DNA of 64,000 nucleotides, taken from the NCBI RefSeq assembly GCF_009914755.1, contig NC_060947.1. The stretch is one strand, 5' to 3'. Both the position numbers and the translations under genes were made by a program. Source of the stretch: the human T2T-CHM13v2.0 reference genome, Homo sapiens. Shown here piece by piece: positions 56,692 through 64,000 of the stretch; the stretch's first letter is position 1, and each line of letters begins with the position of its first letter. A model generated the notes under the pieces. That model worked only from the letters and a program-made list of their open reading frames with translations. It was not told the DNA's origin and did no database searches.

Positions 56692-56912
56692 TTTTTTTTT
56701 TTTTTATATTATACTTTAAGTTTTAGGGTACATGTGCACATTGTGCAGGTTAGTTACATATGTATACATGTGCCATGCTGGTGCGCTGCACCCACTAACT
56801 CGTCATCTAGCATTAGGTATATCTCCCAATGCTATCCCTCCCCCCTCCCCCCACCCCACCACAGTCCCCAGAGTGTGATATTCCCCTTCCTGTGTCCATG
56901 TGATCTCATTGT

Positions 56913-60767
<3,855 letters not shown>

Positions 60768-60803
60768 TTAGTTGATGCAGTTTCTTCCTAGTCTCAATGG
60801 TCT

Positions 60804-61820
60804 TTACATTTTGGCATGATTTTGCAGCGGCTGGTACCGGTTGTTCCTTTCCATGTTTAGCGCTTCCTTCAGGAGCTCTTTTAGGGCTGGCTTGGTGGTG
60901 ACAACATCTCTCAGCATTTGCTTGTCTGTAAAGTATTTTATTTCTCCTTCACTTATGAAGCTTAGTTTGGCTGGATATGAAATTCTGGGTTGAAAATTCT
61001 TTTCCTTAAGAATGTTGAATATTGGCCCCCACTCTCTTCTGGCTTGTAGGGTTTCTGCCGAGAGAGCCGCTGTTAGTCTGATGGGCTTCCCTTTGAGGGT
61101 AACCCGACCTTTCTCTCTGGCTGCCCTTAACATTTTTTCCTTCATTTCAACTTTGGTGAATTTGACAATTATGTGTCTTGGAGTTGCTCTTCTCGAGGAG
61201 TATCTTTGTGGCGTTCTCTGTATTTCCTGAATCTGAACGTTGGCCTGCCTTGCTAGATTGGGGAAGTTCTCCTGGATAATATCCTGCAGAGTGTTTTCCA
61301 ACTTGGTTCCATTCTCCGCATCACTTTCAGGTACACCAATCAGACGTAGATTTGGTCTTTTCACATAGTCCCATATTTCTTGGAGGCTTTGCTCATTTCT
61401 TTTTATTCTTTTTTCTCTAAACTTCCCTTCTCGCTTCATTTCATTCATTTCATCTTCCATTGCTGATACCCTTTCTTCTAGTTGATCGCATCGGCTCCTG
61501 AGGCTTCTGCATTCTTCACGTACTTCTCGAGCCTTGGTTTTCAGCTCCATCAGCTCCTTTAAGCACTTCTCTGTATTGGTTATTCTAGTTATACATTCTT
61601 CTAAATTTTTTTCAAAGTTTTCAACTTCTTTGCCTTTGGTTTGAATGCCCTCCCGTAGCTCAGAGTAATTTGATCGTCTGAAGCCTTCTTCTCTCAGCTC
61701 GTCAAAATCATTCTCCATCCAGCTTTGTTCCGTTGCTGGTGAGGAACTGCGTTCCTTTGGAGGAGGAGAGGCGCTCTGCGTTTTAGAGTTTCCAGTTTTT
61801 CTGTTCTGTTTTTTCCCCAT
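60804..61820 (-). CDS. ORF1: LINE-1 ORF1p (coiled coil, RRM, CTD), 338 aa
   Basis: Uninterrupted ORF MGKKQNRK...NHAKM with REKG, ARR and YPAKLS; canonical 63-nt spacer to ORF2. Confidence 0.97.
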   Translation of the reverse strand: MGKKQNRKTGNSKTQSASPPPKERSSSPATEQSWMENDFDELREEGFRRSNYSELREGIQTKGKEVENFEKNLEECITRITNTEKCLKELMELKTKAREVREECRSLRSRCDQLEERVSAMEDEMNEMKREGKFREKRIKRNEQSLQEIWDYVKRPNLRLIGVPESDAENGTKLENTLQDIIQENFPNLARQANVQIQEIQRTPQRYSSRRATPRHIIVKFTKVEMKEKMLRAAREKGRVTLKGKPIRLTAALSAETLQARREWGPIFNILKEKNFQPRISYPAKLSFISEGEIKYFTDKQMLRDVVTTKPALKELLKEALNMERNNRYQPLQNHAKM

Positions 61821-62727
61821 CTTTGTGGTTTTATCTACTTTTGGTCTTTGATGATGGTGATGTACAGATGGGTGTTCGGTGTGGATGTCCTTTCTGTTTG
61901 TTAGTTTTCCTTCTAACAGACAGGACCCTCAGCTGCAGGTCTGTTGGAATACCCTGCAGTGTGAGGTGTCAGTGTGCCCCTGCTGGGGGGTGCCTCCCAG
62001 TTAGGCTGCTCGGGGGTCAGGGGTCAGGGACCCACTTGAGGAGGCAGTCTGCCCGTTCTCAGATCTCTAGCTACGTGCTGGGAGAACCACTGCTCTCTTC
62101 AAAGCTGTCAGACAGGGACATTTAAGTCTGCAGAGGTTACTGCTGTCTTTTTGTTTGTCTGTGCCCTGCCCCCAGAGGTGGAGCCTACAGAGGCAGGCAG
62201 GCCTCCTTGAACTGTGGTGGGCTCCACCCAGTTCGAGCTTCCCGGCTGCTTTGTTTACCTAAGCAAGCCTGGGCAATGGCGGGCGCCACTCCCCCAGCCT
62301 CGCTGCCGCCTTGCAGTTTGATCTCAGACTGCTGTGCTAGCAATCAGCAAGATTCCGTGGGCGTAGGACCCTCCGAGCCAGGTGTGGGATATAGTCTCGT
62401 GGTGCGCCGTTTTTTTAAGCCGGTCTGAAAAGCGCAATATTCTGGTGGGAGTGACCCGATTTTCCAGGTGTGTCCGTCACCCCTTTCTTTGACTCGGAAA
62501 GGGAACTCCCTGACCCCTTGCGCTTCCCAGGTGAGGCAGTGCCTCGCCCTGCTTCGGCTCGTGCACGGTGCGCACACCCACTGGCCTGCGCCCACTGTCT
62601 GGCACTCCCTAGTGAGATGAACCCGGTACCTCAGATGGAAATGCAGAAATCACCCGTCTTCTGCGTCGCTCACGCTGGGAGCTGTAGACCGGAGCTGTTC
62701 CTATTCGGCCATCTTGGCTCCTCCCCC
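61821..62727 (-). promoter_or_regulatory. L1 5' UTR: internal sense promoter and antisense promoter
   Basis: 907 bp and CpG-rich; intact YY1 site AAGATGGCC near the 5' end and RUNX3 site TGCATTTCCATCTGAGGTA (62627-62645). Confidence 0.9.
62276..62428 (+). pseudogene. ORF0: L1 ORF0 (antisense), frameshift-truncated to 50 aa
   Basis: MAGATPPASLPPCSLISDCCASNQ... start; a T7 run at 62410-62416 shifts frame to a TGA at 62426-62428. Confidence 0.75.
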
Positions 62728-63057
62728 TAAATCCAGATATTTTCAATTGTTAACTGATAGCCCTCTGAAACCATAAGTGTGCTATTGTGAAATACAGACT
62801 TCCAAATATCCAATACATATTTAATCATAATAATTAACTCCTTTCAACCTCCAAATAATGTTTATATTTCCCTCAAAATTGATTATTCATGTTACTACCT
62901 CATGCAATTTCATATTTCATTTAGTTACATTAATATTCTATTAGTTCTGGGCCAATATACACTGGCAATTTTGTTACTTTATGACTATATCTCACTATGT
63001 ATTACCTAATTGCATTTTTCCAATTCCAAAGTAAGATTTTAAAAAATGAATCCTATG

Positions 63058-63912
63058 AAAGCATTCGTATTTCTCCACATCCTCTCCAGCATCTGTTGCT
63101 TCCTGACTTTTTAATGATCGCCATTCTAACTGGCATGAGATGGTATCTCATTGTGGTGTCGATTTGCATGTCTCTAATGACCAGTGATGATGAGCTTTTT
63201 TTCATGTTTGTTGGCCGCATAAATGTCTTCTTTTGAGAAGTGTCTGTTCATATCCTTCACCCAATTTTTAATGGGGTTGTTTGTTTTTTTCTTGTAAATT
63301 TGTTTAAGTTCCTTGTAGATTCTGGATATTAGTTCTACCATCTTGGAAGACAGTGTGGCAATTCCTCAAGGATCTAGAACCAGAAATAGCATTTGACGCA
63401 GCAATCCCATTACTGGGCATATACCCAAAGGATTATAAATCATTCTACTATAAAGACACATGCACATGTATGTTTACTGCAGCACTACTCACAATAGCAA
63501 AGACTTGGAACCAACCCAAATGCCCATCAGTGATAGACTGGATAAAGAAAATGTGGCACATGTACACCATGGAATACTATGCAGCCATAAAAAAGGATGA
63601 GTTCATGTCCTTTGCAGGAACATGAATGAAGCTGGAAACCGTCATTCTCAGCAAACTGACACAGGAACAGAAAACCAAACACCGCATGTTCTCACTCATA
63701 AGTGGGAGTTGAACAATGAGAACACATGGACACAGGGAGGGGAACATACCGGGGCCTGTTAGGGGGTGGGGGGCTAGGGGAGGGATAGCATTAGGAGAAA
63801 TACCTAATATAGATGATGGGTTGATGGGTGCAGCAAACCACCATGGCAAGTGTATACCTATGTAACAAACCTGCACGTTCTGCACATGTATCCCAGAACT
63901 TAACAATATAAT
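63058..63912 (+). mobile_element. 5'-inverted (twin-primed) truncated L1PA (about PA6-8)
   Basis: 63058-63332 is antisense ORF2 3' sequence and 63333-63912 is sense through the 3' UTR; degenerate TSD aaaa(t)gaatc(c/a)tat. Confidence 0.88.
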
Positions 63913-64000
63913 TTTAAAAAGAATCATATTGTTGATATCTATGAAATAATTGATTACTTAGATAATCATCTGGCATTTTTATTCATGCTGGGCCTCCTGG

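Noticed and set aside
56780-56810. Classification of the full-length L1 as active L1HS-Ta
   Set aside because: The diagnostic trinucleotide is GAG, not ACA or ACG, and the 3' terminal diagnostic base is A.

Overview
Human genomic DNA (a human-specific AluYb8 is present). It is AT-rich, repeat-dense and intronic or intergenic; I could not recognise any host exon. The only intact coding sequences are ORF1 and ORF2 of a full-length L1PA2-type LINE-1 on the minus strand (56692-62727). This L1 carries a ~107-bp 3' transduction with a second poly(A) tail, all inside a perfect 17-bp target-site duplication (TSD). The most unusual structure is a tripartite chimeric LTR element at 23538-24481: complete MaLR MSTA LTR plus the start of its internal region, then a ~90-nt 18S rRNA fragment, then the 3' part of an ERVL MLT2 LTR. 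It sits inside an old L1 with one ~5-bp TSD, suggesting a single integration of a cDNA stitched from MaLR RNA, rRNA and ERVL RNA. The rest is young and old Alus, L1 fragments (one twin-primed), solo LTRs (LTR7, MER11, MST, MLT1), a decayed ERVL provirus, DNA transposon fossils and microsatellites. Repeat subfamily names come from recalled consensus sequences and need RepeatMasker/Dfam confirmation; boundaries of old repeats are approximate.
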